IMG/VR virus record: IMGVR_UViG_3300045391_004184
Span: 1-64,000 of that record
Direction: 5' to 3' (one strand)
From: a virus
DNA: 64,000 nucleotides
Made by a program: the position numbers and the translations under genes. Positions 38,636 through 46,770 of the stretch are shown piece by piece. The notes beneath the pieces are model-generated. The model worked only from the letters and a program-made list of their open reading frames with translations, had not been told where the DNA came from and made no database searches. The stretch's first letter is position 1; every line of letters starts with the position of its first letter.

Positions 38636-38858
38636 GGGACAACTCCTCTTTTGAATCTTTATCTAATTCTTCTTTTGCCTGTTTCTGTGTTTCTTCCTCT
38701 TTTACCAATAAATCTTTAAATCCATTTATATCTTTTTCAAGATTATCAACTTGATTTTTTACATTAGAATTATTTTCTAATGTTTGATTTATTGATCGTT
38801 TCTTTAAGAAAAAATAACCTCCAAAAACTGCGGCCAGTAGAGCTAGTAGATAATTCAT
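38571..38858 (-). CDS. N-terminal TM + coiled-coil protein
   Basis: MNYLLALLAAVFGGYFFL followed by a charged helix. Confidence 0.5.
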   Translation of the reverse strand: MNYLLALLAAVFGGYFFLKKRSINQTLENNSNVKNQVDNLEKDINGFKDLLVKEEETQKQAKEELDKDSKEELSREEILNRLNNGGNSSDSKTDK

Positions 38859-39790
38859 TAAAGCACCATATCACTATTACTAATAATAGGGCAAACTTTA
38901 GCTTTTTGTTCTTCTGTTAGAAGTCCGGCAGCACATTGTTCTTTCAATTCTTTTAACTTATCACGCCAGTCCTTTTTTTGACCCTGATCTTCAGTCAAAG
39001 CAACTTTTTGATCAATTACAACATTTGGTAAATTTTGATGATCTTTATATAAGAAGTTAATCACTTGTTCATAGGGAACAGTCCATGCATATCCTAAATC
39101 TCCCTGTCCAGCAAATACAACTCCAATAAGTTCGTTACTAGTGTTATAAATTCCAGAACCGGAACTTCCGGGCATAATAGTTGCTGTTACAAGTACAGAT
39201 TCAAAAGATTCCACAATAGGAATTCCACCTAATAACATACAAAAAAGTGTATTCGCTGGATTCTTTAAATCATCCTCAGTACAGGCTTTTAATCCAATAA
39301 GAACATCAATATTCTGTCTTCCAGAAACATGCCCTTCGGAAATAACATTTGGCATTAATGCTGGATGACCACTAATTTTAGCATGTTCGTAAAAAACGGG
39401 ACCTCTATTAGCAATTTTTGTATGAACTCCCAAATTATCAGCAACTGTTAAAAGACAAAGATCTGATCTATCACTTTTAATATAAGAAACAACTTGATAT
39501 GCGTCGCCTTTTGTTCTTACAACTCCACCATTTTCAACAACTCCACAAACATGTTTATTTGTTAGAATAGATGTTTGATTTTGAGTGGATTCAAGAATAA
39601 TTCCTGTTCCTCCATGAGTTCCTGATCTATTTGTAATCATAACACTGGCATCACTTGGTGCGTGTTCAGTGGGGGTCGTTTTAACTTGATATATAAGGAT
39701 TCCTGCGATTAGTGCCAACATTCCTAGTGGAATTAGTGTTGGGAGGTTATTTTTGATTTTTTCTAACATTATGTTAATTTCCTTTCTCAT
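38858..39790 (-). CDS. membrane-anchored trypsin-like serine protease
   Basis: His TNKHVCGVV, Asp RSDLCLL, Ser MPGSSGSGIY, in chymotrypsin-fold order. N-terminal TM segment LPTLIPLGMLALIAGILIY. The ATG at 39769 has the better RBS. Confidence 0.7.
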   Translation of the reverse strand: MRKEINIMLEKIKNNLPTLIPLGMLALIAGILIYQVKTTPTEHAPSDASVMITNRSGTHGGTGIILESTQNQTSILTNKHVCGVVENGGVVRTKGDAYQVVSYIKSDRSDLCLLTVADNLGVHTKIANRGPVFYEHAKISGHPALMPNVISEGHVSGRQNIDVLIGLKACTEDDLKNPANTLFCMLLGGIPIVESFESVLVTATIMPGSSGSGIYNTSNELIGVVFAGQGDLGYAWTVPYEQVINFLYKDHQNLPNVVIDQKVALTEDQGQKKDWRDKLKELKEQCAAGLLTEEQKAKVCPIISNSDMVL

Positions 39791-40088
39791 TTTGAGAGTT
39801 ATCGTCTTTAGATTCTAAAATTACACCTTGTTCTTTATTTATAATGATTCTTCTATTAAAATGATCAATTCCAATACAAATTAAAAACCACGAAAGAGCA
39901 GAAACCATATCTATTCCTTCTAATAGTTTTGTAAATTTACCAATAAGTCCAATTTGAACATATAATGAACTTATGATAATAAAGGTTTTTGAATATGAAC
40001 CTCTACCTGTTTTATTATCTCTTGCTAATGGAAAGGGTATACCATTTTGATTTAATGAACTTAATAGATTTTTTAATTTTTCGAGCAT
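39774..40088 (-). CDS. two-TM small membrane protein (holin-like candidate)
   Basis: FIIISSLYVQIGLIGKF and ALSWFLICIGIDHF. First gene after the sigma70-like promoter. Confidence 0.45.
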   Translation of the reverse strand: MLEKLKNLLSSLNQNGIPFPLARDNKTGRGSYSKTFIIISSLYVQIGLIGKFTKLLEGIDMVSALSWFLICIGIDHFNRRIIINKEQGVILESKDDNSQNEKGN

Positions 40089-40105
40089 TTCTCTTCCTTA
40101 CCTAT

Positions 40106-40133
40106 ATTATCAGTATTATTAATGATTTGTCAA
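40106..40133 (-). promoter_or_regulatory. sigma70-like promoter (TTGACA-16 nt-GATAAT)
   Basis: Minus strand: TTGACA at 40133..40128 and GATAAT at 40111..40106, followed by AAGGAAGAG and the ATG at 40088. Confidence 0.4.
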
Positions 40134-40325
40134 TATTTATATTAAAATAATTTTTATAAGCATTATATGAGTTCTAGGATGTAAACATTTCTTTCAGATG
40201 CTATATATGTGAGGATTTTTCATCAAATGCACATCCTGTTGTAAATCTAAATATATAATCAAGAAGATCTTGACTATACATTTCCTTTAATAATCCAGAA
40301 AGGGTCGTTAATGATCCTGTGGGCA

Positions 40326-40550
40326 TTATATAAGCTCCAATATATAAATATTCTTATTTTTAGAATACCATTTAAATTGCAAAAGACCATTTTGTTCATC
40401 AAATCTAAAAGGATCTGTTCTTAATTTAAATGCGTGTTGTATGGCAGCTTGTTGTAAATCTTGATTAAATTTATTTTGAGCTTGTGATAGCGATGAACCA
40501 ATTGTTTGTCCAATTCCCAATCCTCCAAATATATTACCCAAAAAATTCAT
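40326..40550 (-). CDS. small protein, C-terminal ILEL family
   Basis: Ends NIYILELI. Last gene before the 238-nt gap. Confidence 0.5.
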   Translation of the reverse strand: MNFLGNIFGGLGIGQTIGSSLSQAQNKFNQDLQQAAIQHAFKLRTDPFRFDEQNGLLQFKWYSKNKNIYILELI

Positions 40551-40951
40551 TTCTTTTTCTTCCTTCTCTTAATAGCTTTTTGACCATTAGAAACTCTTTG
40601 AACATTCTCAATCGAAGTCTTTATAGAATGGCATCCTTCGCATAAAACCTGAAATTCGTGGCTTTTAACAAATAATCTATTTATAAAATCATCCCAATTT
40701 GTCCAGCCATTTTTTACATCAATTACAGGGTTTTTATGATCAAGTTCAATATCCTTATTTCCAAAGGATTGTTTGCATTCTTCACAAGTATAAAATCCTC
40801 TTTCTATTCTTTGACGAGTTTTTGCTATATTTTTAAAGGGCCATCGAAAAGTGGATCTTCTTAATGTTGCAATTACAAATGACTTTAAATACTTTTGAAA
40901 AGTATTCTCATCTTTTTCTATTGCATTGTAATCGTTCTTTTTATTAGCCAT
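40547..40951 (-). CDS. HNH endonuclease
   Basis: CEECKQ...ELDHKNPV...N...LCEGCHSIKT. Confidence 0.75.
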   Translation of the reverse strand: MANKKNDYNAIEKDENTFQKYLKSFVIATLRRSTFRWPFKNIAKTRQRIERGFYTCEECKQSFGNKDIELDHKNPVIDVKNGWTNWDDFINRLFVKSHEFQVLCEGCHSIKTSIENVQRVSNGQKAIKRRKKKK

Positions 40952-41231
40952 TTAATAGTTTGTCCATTTTATCATTAAATTCATTATTATGTTTTTGTTT
41001 TAAATAAATGTTATATTCATCTTCAGTCATCCACATATTTTTTGAGAACGAAAGAATTCTTTCATTAAAAAATTCCATTTCAACTTTATTATACATTTCA
41101 TAATATTTACCATTATATGGATGATCAAAATAAATATTAACAGTATTTCCCGCCCAATCTATATTGTGAATAATATAATCTGTTCCGGAAAGGGGGGTGA
41201 CACACAATGGATTTAGGTAAAATTTATTCAT
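40944..41231 (-). CDS. small protein, C-terminal HxxxFxxKMxxLL family
   Basis: Ends KHNNEFNDKMDKLLNG. Confidence 0.65.
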   Translation of the reverse strand: MNKFYLNPLCVTPLSGTDYIIHNIDWAGNTVNIYFDHPYNGKYYEMYNKVEMEFFNERILSFSKNMWMTEDEYNIYLKQKHNNEFNDKMDKLLNG

Positions 41232-41548
41232 TTCAATAATTCTTCCATTTTATCTCTGAAAGCCTCATTATGTAATTCTTTTTCTGTAATAACGTCAAAA
41301 TAATGAGCTTGAATCCAAATTTTCTTTTTACTATTTTCAGGTTTTAAATAATATTCTCGTGAATTAGAAAAGATTGTTTCAAGTCTTTCTTTATAAATCT
41401 CATATCTTTTATCACTTAAAAATTCAAAAGAAGAAATTGTACGTGCGCCAGAATCATTAATTTCCATTTCAAAAGGGGAAACAACCGGAATAACAGTTTT
41501 ATGAGCACAATTTGAATATACAGTTTTAATTTTACAATATTTCTTCAC
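41228..41548 (-). CDS. small protein, C-terminal HxxxFxxKMxxLL family
   Basis: Ends LHNEAFRDKMEELLK. ATGA overlaps on both sides. Confidence 0.65.
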   Translation of the reverse strand: MKKYCKIKTVYSNCAHKTVIPVVSPFEMEINDSGARTISSFEFLSDKRYEIYKERLETIFSNSREYYLKPENSKKKIWIQAHYFDVITEKELHNEAFRDKMEELLK

Positions 41549-41823
41549 TTTAAAAACTCTTCCATTTTACTTTTAAAATCCTCATTATGTTTCTTATGTG
41601 CAATAGATTCGATTTGATAAATTTGATGTTCTGTCCATTCTATAAATTCATTAAAATCACGTTTAATAAACCTAGGAGAAACTAATATTTGAAAATATTC
41701 GGTTGTTTTTTTATTATAAAAACTTAGGCGAATACTATCATAAGACATATCAAGATTAGCGCTATATAAACTAAATCCATAATAATCTCTTCCCCTAAAA
41801 TAGGTTTCTATTTGCGATGTCAT
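41545..41823 (-). CDS. small protein, C-terminal HxxxFxxKMxxLL family
   Basis: Ends KHNEDFKSKMEEFLK. Confidence 0.65.
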   Translation of the reverse strand: MTSQIETYFRGRDYYGFSLYSANLDMSYDSIRLSFYNKKTTEYFQILVSPRFIKRDFNEFIEWTEHQIYQIESIAHKKHNEDFKSKMEEFLK

Positions 41824-42146
41824 TCTTTTTTCTTTTCAGTTTCTTTAATCCATCTATCATCAAATTGAGGCTTATTTTTATACATCCAAATAGCAAACAT
41901 AAGGTTGCAAGCTGCATGTGCTAAATGGTTTATATTGGATTCAGGGTCCAAATCTTCTCCCTGATTAAACTTATAAGTGTGTCTTAAAGATGCAGAAATA
42001 AGTCTTGAAAGCTCTATTCCTTGTGCCCAATTTCCTCTGTCATATTTCTTTTTTCCAAAGTCTAATACTTTCGCAATTTCAAAAAGGGCTTCCATGGGCA
42101 AGAGATCAAGAGGCTCTTTCCCAGAATCAAATTTTTTTCCGGCCAT
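41820..42146 (-). CDS. MazG-like all-alpha NTP pyrophosphohydrolase (DUF5664 / dATP-dGTP diphosphohydrolase N-domain-like)
   Basis: FDSGKEPLDLLP...FGKKKYDRGNWAQG...LRH...GEDLDPESNINHLAHAACNLMF, pattern recalled for that family. Confidence 0.5.
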   Translation of the reverse strand: MAGKKFDSGKEPLDLLPMEALFEIAKVLDFGKKKYDRGNWAQGIELSRLISASLRHTYKFNQGEDLDPESNINHLAHAACNLMFAIWMYKNKPQFDDRWIKETEKKKE

Positions 42147-42165
42147 AATTTTGTTCCTTGTTATG

Positions 42166-42384
42166 TTAATTGTTTAGGGATGTTTCTACTTTTTCTTCTG
42201 TTAATGCAGGTTTTTTGCTTGTAAGCATTTGAAGAAGTCCGAAAACCTCTTTTGCGGGGCGTTCTGCTAAATACTTGATAACACTCTCAATTTCAGAACG
42301 TGTTAATTGAAATAAATCATTTGGGGTCTTTTCCATCGTTTTTCTCCTTTTATGTATTATGGGTACTATTTTCGTTATTGTCAA
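42166..42384 (-). CDS. hypothetical small protein
   Basis: 72-aa ORF in the operon. Confidence 0.45.
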   Translation of the reverse strand: MTITKIVPIIHKRRKTMEKTPNDLFQLTRSEIESVIKYLAERPAKEVFGLLQMLTSKKPALTEEKVETSLNN

Positions 42385-42544
42385 TGAGTTCTAATATAAA
42401 TGTTAAAGTTGTTTGTGTTTTTTTAAGACAAATAGGATCGGGATTATGATATAACTTATTGTTTTGTAAAGGAAATTCTAATTTTATCAATAATTCCTCA
42501 AAATAATCCTTCATATATTGGTCAAATGTATTTAAAACTCTCAA
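42350..42544 (-). CDS. hypothetical small protein
   Basis: 64 aa. TTG start 8 nt after a GGAG embedded in the upstream ILEL codons. Confidence 0.4.
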   Translation of the reverse strand: MRVLNTFDQYMKDYFEELLIKLEFPLQNNKLYHNPDPICLKKTQTTLTFILELIDNNENSTHNT

Positions 42545-42741
42545 ATTAGCTCCAATATAGCAATAGGTCTAGGAACTTCTCTTTTACCTGTTTTATTATT
42601 AATAATATCTAAATACATTTCATTTCCCAATAAATCATAAAAATATGTTAATCTTCTACCTTGATAATCCTTTATAGAGATTGTGGGTTTTGTTTTATCT
42701 AATATATTTGAATATTCGCTTTCACTATATATTTTTAACAT
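42541..42741 (-). CDS. small protein, C-terminal ILEL family
   Basis: Ends VPRPIAILELI. Confidence 0.5.
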   Translation of the reverse strand: MLKIYSESEYSNILDKTKPTISIKDYQGRRLTYFYDLLGNEMYLDIINNKTGKREVPRPIAILELI

Positions 42742-42911
42742 AATTCCAAAACGGGGATAATAGTTTCATGAATTGACTTCGGTATTACAACGTACACAAC
42801 ATTCTCATACAAATCCCAATGTTCGTAATAATAAGAACTTATGGGAACAGAAAGACATAATGTATTGTTATAAAAATCATCTCTTTCGTCAAATGTTTCT
42901 ATTTTTTTCAC
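42735..42911 (-). CDS. small protein, C-terminal ILEL family (58 aa)
   Basis: Not in the ORF track. GTGA overlap upstream. Ends TIIPVLELC and overlaps the next ATG. Confidence 0.4.
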   Translation of the reverse strand: MKKIETFDERDDFYNNTLCLSVPISSYYYEHWDLYENVVYVVIPKSIHETIIPVLELC

Positions 42912-43102
42912 TTTAAATCCAATATAGGAATTCGACTTCTTATATGACCATTTTTCGAAATATAATTAATTACTAATTCTTTTTGATCAAATAAATTAAA
43001 AAATTCTATTATCTCCCCTAAGTTATGATCTACAACAAAATATGATTTAGGAGGATCTTTTATAACTTTTTCCCAAAAATTTTCTTCCGTCCATTTTTTC
43101 AT
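42908..43102 (-). CDS. small protein, C-terminal ILEL family
   Basis: Ends RSRIPILDLK. Confidence 0.5.
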   Translation of the reverse strand: MKKWTEENFWEKVIKDPPKSYFVVDHNLGEIIEFFNLFDQKELVINYISKNGHIRSRIPILDLK

Positions 43103-43236
43103 ACAAGTTCCAGAATGAATATTTCTTTCTCTTCTGAAGAATGATCTTCAAAATAAAGTTTATTATTTCTTATAGGAAAATATATTCCTATCATTAATCT
43201 ATTTAAATATTCAAAGAAATCATCAGGAAATTTCAT
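43099..43236 (-). CDS. small protein, C-terminal ILEL family (45 aa)
   Basis: Not in the ORF track. ATGA overlaps on both sides. Ends KEIFILELV. Confidence 0.45.
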   Translation of the reverse strand: MKFPDDFFEYLNRLMIGIYFPIRNNKLYFEDHSSEEKEIFILELV

Positions 43237-44132
43237 TTTAAACTCTTTTTATATTCCTCTTTAAAAGCATCAATAGACTTTTGATCAGTTTCTAGCATTT
43301 CTGATCCTCCCAATAAAATTTCCCCCTCGCAATAATGTCCATTTATATGATTCTTCTTTGTTTTAAGTTTTGTAATAAGTCCTACATCCCTATTTTGTCC
43401 ATCAATAGTAAGTTTTAATCTTTTACCTTCTTTAATTTCAATAGAAAGTGCTAGGGGATACCAGATTTTTTCCCCTCCATTAGGAACTGTTTCTGTGGGT
43501 GCTCCTGGAAAAGCTGGCATATTTTTATATGCTTGATTTAACATTAAAAGTCCTACAGAATGATCACATAACATTTCTCTTGTACTTGCAATACGTTTTG
43601 CGATAATGGGGTTAAAATATCCTATGACACTTGCGTTTTTTTGTGGGCCATATTTCTTAGAAATTCTACCATCCTTATCAATTTCAAATGATTCTTTAGA
43701 AGGGGTCCCTGCTACAGAATCCCATAAAATCATAACATCCATTGGAAGTTTTCCTTTTTTAACATCTTCCACTGTTATAGAAATATCGTCATAAACATCT
43801 TCTAAAGTTGTAAGAGATTCTTCTAATATACAGTTTTCTTTAGGAATGAGTCCATGTTCTTTTAAACGGGTCTCATCAAGTTTATTTTCTGTAATAATAA
43901 GTTTGGGAAGAATTCCCTGTTTTACAGCTTCTTGTGCAACTTTTAATAATATATCAGTTTTTCCACTATCGGATAATCCATACATCATGCTAGAAAATCC
44001 TAATGGAATACCCTTTAAACCTGTTGCTTTTTGAAAAGGTTCGGGCATTGTAATATATTGTGTTGGTTTATAAATTACTTCTTCAACTTCTTCTTTTTTT
44101 AAATATGATTCTAAACTAAATGTTTTACTCAT
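43233..44132 (-). CDS. RecA-fold ATPase (recombination accessory/recombinase candidate)
   Basis: Walker A GLSDSGKT, Walker B-like VMILWDSVAG. 299 aa. Confidence 0.6.
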   Translation of the reverse strand: MSKTFSLESYLKKEEVEEVIYKPTQYITMPEPFQKATGLKGIPLGFSSMMYGLSDSGKTDILLKVAQEAVKQGILPKLIITENKLDETRLKEHGLIPKENCILEESLTTLEDVYDDISITVEDVKKGKLPMDVMILWDSVAGTPSKESFEIDKDGRISKKYGPQKNASVIGYFNPIIAKRIASTREMLCDHSVGLLMLNQAYKNMPAFPGAPTETVPNGGEKIWYPLALSIEIKEGKRLKLTIDGQNRDVGLITKLKTKKNHINGHYCEGEILLGGSEMLETDQKSIDAFKEEYKKSLK

Positions 44133-44380
44133 AATTCTCCTTTTAATACCTTTTCAACTAAACTTTGAATTAAAACTCTATTTTTCATAGAAACATTTGA
44201 AGGAACTCTTCCCCAAACTTTTCTCCAATCAATTTTAGTTTTATTTATTGGAGTAATAATATTCCAATTTCCAGGTAATTTTAATTTTTGTTCTTTATAT
44301 CCAATATCATTAAAAAAATATCCAGCACCACTAATATTATCTCCAAAACGATAAAATAATTCCAATAGTTTATTAATCAT
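44129..44380 (-). CDS. hypothetical small protein
   Basis: 83 aa, ATGA-coupled. Confidence 0.5.
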   Translation of the reverse strand: MINKLLELFYRFGDNISGAGYFFNDIGYKEQKLKLPGNWNIITPINKTKIDWRKVWGRVPSNVSMKNRVLIQSLVEKVLKGEL

Positions 44381-44700
44381 TTTAATATTTCATCCATCTT
44401 ATTATCAAACTTTAATTGTTCGTGAGCAATAATTAACTCTTTTACAAATTCTATAATTTCAAAATTTGTTGATTTATTCTCTTCATTTCCGGCGGCATAT
44501 CTTATAGGAATTAATGGTAAAGATCCTAATAGGCTATTTGGCTTTTTTTGAATATCTTTTTCAATTCCATACCCATATTCTTCAAAAACCATATCATAGT
44601 ACCGATTTCCAAATGAATCTTTCTCCGGTCTAAAGATAGCAAGTTTATTATCTTTAATAATTATTTTATATTCCTTAAATTGATATTCACGTTCTTGCAT
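44377..44700 (-). CDS. small protein, C-terminal HxxxFxxKMxxLL family
   Basis: Start moved to the ATG at 44700, 7 nt after the upstream stop. Ends HEQLKFDNKMDEILK. Confidence 0.6.
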   Translation of the reverse strand: MQEREYQFKEYKIIIKDNKLAIFRPEKDSFGNRYYDMVFEEYGYGIEKDIQKKPNSLLGSLPLIPIRYAAGNEENKSTNFEIIEFVKELIIAHEQLKFDNKMDEILK

Positions 44701-44707
44701 GTTTGTC

Positions 44708-45496
44708 CTATTTATGTAATGATTTACGTTTTTCTTTAGATAATAGATTTTGACGATTGGTTGCTTCTTTTCCACATTTTTTACAAGTATATCTTTGATA
44801 TTTACCAAAAGATGAATAATTATGACCATTTCTAGAAAATTCAGTACTTCCACAATTACAAACAAGATCTGTAGTATCAGTATATAAACTAAAATTAATA
44901 CTATTATCCCAAGGCTGTAATTTATGGTATAGTTCTTCTAATGCCAAAACATCAAATTTATTATATTCCTCCATTTCTTTCCAGGCGGCTTTATTTCCTT
45001 TTAAAACTTCCACCCATAATTTATGGCCGGGGAATTTCTTATGATCCAATTTCTTATATTTCTTACATAATTTATCAGATAGATATTCTAATTTATTGCT
45101 TGTAAAACCAAAGTTTTTTCTAGCAATTTTTACGGTATCAATTTTCTTATAAGAACTTGGCGGTTTTAAGCCATTAATAATAAATCTTGCGTTAAGTTTT
45201 TTAAGATCAAATGCATTAGAATTTTGACCAATAACAATATCACATTCATCTAATAGCTTCCAGATTTTCTTTAAAAGCTTCTTATCATCTTCAACGTTTT
45301 TAGCTTTACTTTGATCATGATAAATAAGTTCTTTTTTATCTAGCCATTTTGCACAAAAAGAAAGTACGAACCAATCTTGTTGAATTTGACTTAATCCAAT
45401 ATTTTGATCAAAAAGTGCCCAGGCGTGGGCTAAAATTGGGGCGGTCTCAATATCTAATAGTAATATTCGAGGACCTTTAGGAGCTTTTTTCTTCAT
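44708..45496 (-). CDS. DnaQ/RNaseH-fold 3'-5' exonuclease with C-terminal zinc ribbon
   Basis: LLLDIETAP (ExoI), GQNSNAFDLKKL (ExoII), YNKFDVLALEELY (ExoIII), CNCGS...CKKCG. Confidence 0.7.
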   Translation of the reverse strand: MKKKAPKGPRILLLDIETAPILAHAWALFDQNIGLSQIQQDWFVLSFCAKWLDKKELIYHDQSKAKNVEDDKKLLKKIWKLLDECDIVIGQNSNAFDLKKLNARFIINGLKPPSSYKKIDTVKIARKNFGFTSNKLEYLSDKLCKKYKKLDHKKFPGHKLWVEVLKGNKAAWKEMEEYNKFDVLALEELYHKLQPWDNSINFSLYTDTTDLVCNCGSTEFSRNGHNYSSFGKYQRYTCKKCGKEATNRQNLLSKEKRKSLHK

Positions 45497-45840
45497 CTTT
45501 TCTTCCTTCTTTTCTGGGCCATTGAAGAATTCTTATTAAAGATGTTATTCTTCTTTAACCAATAATATATTGATTTTTCTAATTTTTGAACTTGAGTTTC
45601 TGTTAAATTAATATCATATTCATCACTAAAAGCGTGTAAACATTCATGGAGATATGTACCTAATGTTTCTCTTGGAGATTGTCCATGTCTTATAACAATT
45701 TGTTTTAAATCAAAATTTGTTTCCCCTTCTTGTCTGTGATCTTTAGGAAAATTATCCGTCCACAATACCCTATATTTTGTATAAGGGCTTATTTGTATTT
45801 GAGAAGGTATGAGTTTTAACAATTTATTCCATTTCACCAT
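45493..45840 (-). CDS. small HExxH protein (putative zinc metallopeptidase-like)
   Basis: TYLHECLHAF. 115 aa. Confidence 0.4.
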   Translation of the reverse strand: MVKWNKLLKLIPSQIQISPYTKYRVLWTDNFPKDHRQEGETNFDLKQIVIRHGQSPRETLGTYLHECLHAFSDEYDINLTETQVQKLEKSIYYWLKKNNIFNKNSSMAQKRRKKR

Positions 45841-46099
45841 TTAATAATCTCTCCATCTTATTATTAAATTGTTCATTATGTAGATCCTTTTCAGATATAA
45901 AACAATCTTTCGAAAAAGTCGCAAATCTCCCTTTATTTAAATAAATTGATATTGTATTCATTTTTAAATGTTCTTCTCCTTCATACCATTTATCAAAATA
46001 AAATCTACCGTGCCAATTTTGATAAAATTTTTCCGTAATACTTGTGGGCCAAAATCGCATTTCTTCAAATACTTTTTCTTTCTTAAGTCTATATTTCAT
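45824..46099 (-). CDS. small protein, C-terminal HxxxFxxKMxxLL family
   Basis: Ends LHNEQFNNKMERLLNGEME. The next gene's ATG sits at the LLN|G junction. Confidence 0.65.
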   Translation of the reverse strand: MKYRLKKEKVFEEMRFWPTSITEKFYQNWHGRFYFDKWYEGEEHLKMNTISIYLNKGRFATFSKDCFISEKDLHNEQFNNKMERLLNGEME

Positions 46100-46311
46100 T
46101 TCTTTTCCAATAACCTTTTATTCTTATCTAAATTTCCCTTTAAAATAATATAACTATTTTCCATTTCATTTATAACATCTCTTATTAATACATACTTCTT
46201 ATAAGGTTTTAATTCCTTTAATTGTTTATATAATAATTTTGTTGCAAATTCTAATTCTTCTGTTATAATCTTTAATCTCTTTAAATTTCTATATTCATTA
46301 AGATTTATCAT
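46096..46311 (-). CDS. hypothetical coiled-coil protein
   Basis: 71 aa, coupled. Confidence 0.5.
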   Translation of the reverse strand: MINLNEYRNLKRLKIITEELEFATKLLYKQLKELKPYKKYVLIRDVINEMENSYIILKGNLDKNKRLLEKK

Positions 46312-46573
46312 TTAATAGTTTGTCCATTTTATCATTAAATTCTTCATAATGAATTTCTTTAATTTCATCTCTCTCATATAGATTATAATGTTCTTTTACT
46401 TCTTCAATACCAATTGCAGTTATTAGTGATTCAATTCCCCAATATTTTATAACATCATCAAGTTTAATGTGATTTAAAAGAGTTTGAGCATTGTATTTTC
46501 CTAGAACATCTGATGCGGAACATTCTGATATAACAAAATCAACCATTGGTTCTAGATCGGCGTATTGTCTCAT
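46298..46573 (-). CDS. small protein, C-terminal HxxxFxxKMxxLL family
   Basis: Ends IHYEEFNDKMDKLLNDKS. Confidence 0.65.
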   Translation of the reverse strand: MRQYADLEPMVDFVISECSASDVLGKYNAQTLLNHIKLDDVIKYWGIESLITAIGIEEVKEHYNLYERDEIKEIHYEEFNDKMDKLLNDKS

Positions 46574-46770
46574 TTTTTCAACCTAACCATATTCATTTCA
46601 ATTCTCATATCATCACTAAGAAATAAATTTGGTGTTTTTGTAATTTCACTTTCAATTGCAAGTAATTTGTGTAAATACACTTTCTTTTGACTAAAATAGT
46701 AACATTTAATTTTATGTTCTTTTTTTATTAACTTTTCTGGACGATCATTAAATTTATCCCAATTTTTCAT
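46570..46770 (-). CDS. hypothetical small protein
   Basis: 66 aa, ATGA-coupled. Confidence 0.5.
   Translation of the reverse strand: MKNWDKFNDRPEKLIKKEHKIKCYYFSQKKVYLHKLLAIESEITKTPNLFLSDDMRIEMNMVRLKK

Noticed and set aside
44701-44865. The long N-terminal extension of ORF 44377..44865, which overlaps the exonuclease gene.
   Set aside because: The extension is hydrophobic nonsense overlapping 44708..45496. An ATG at 44700 lies 7 nt after the upstream stop and yields a protein typical of the motif family.
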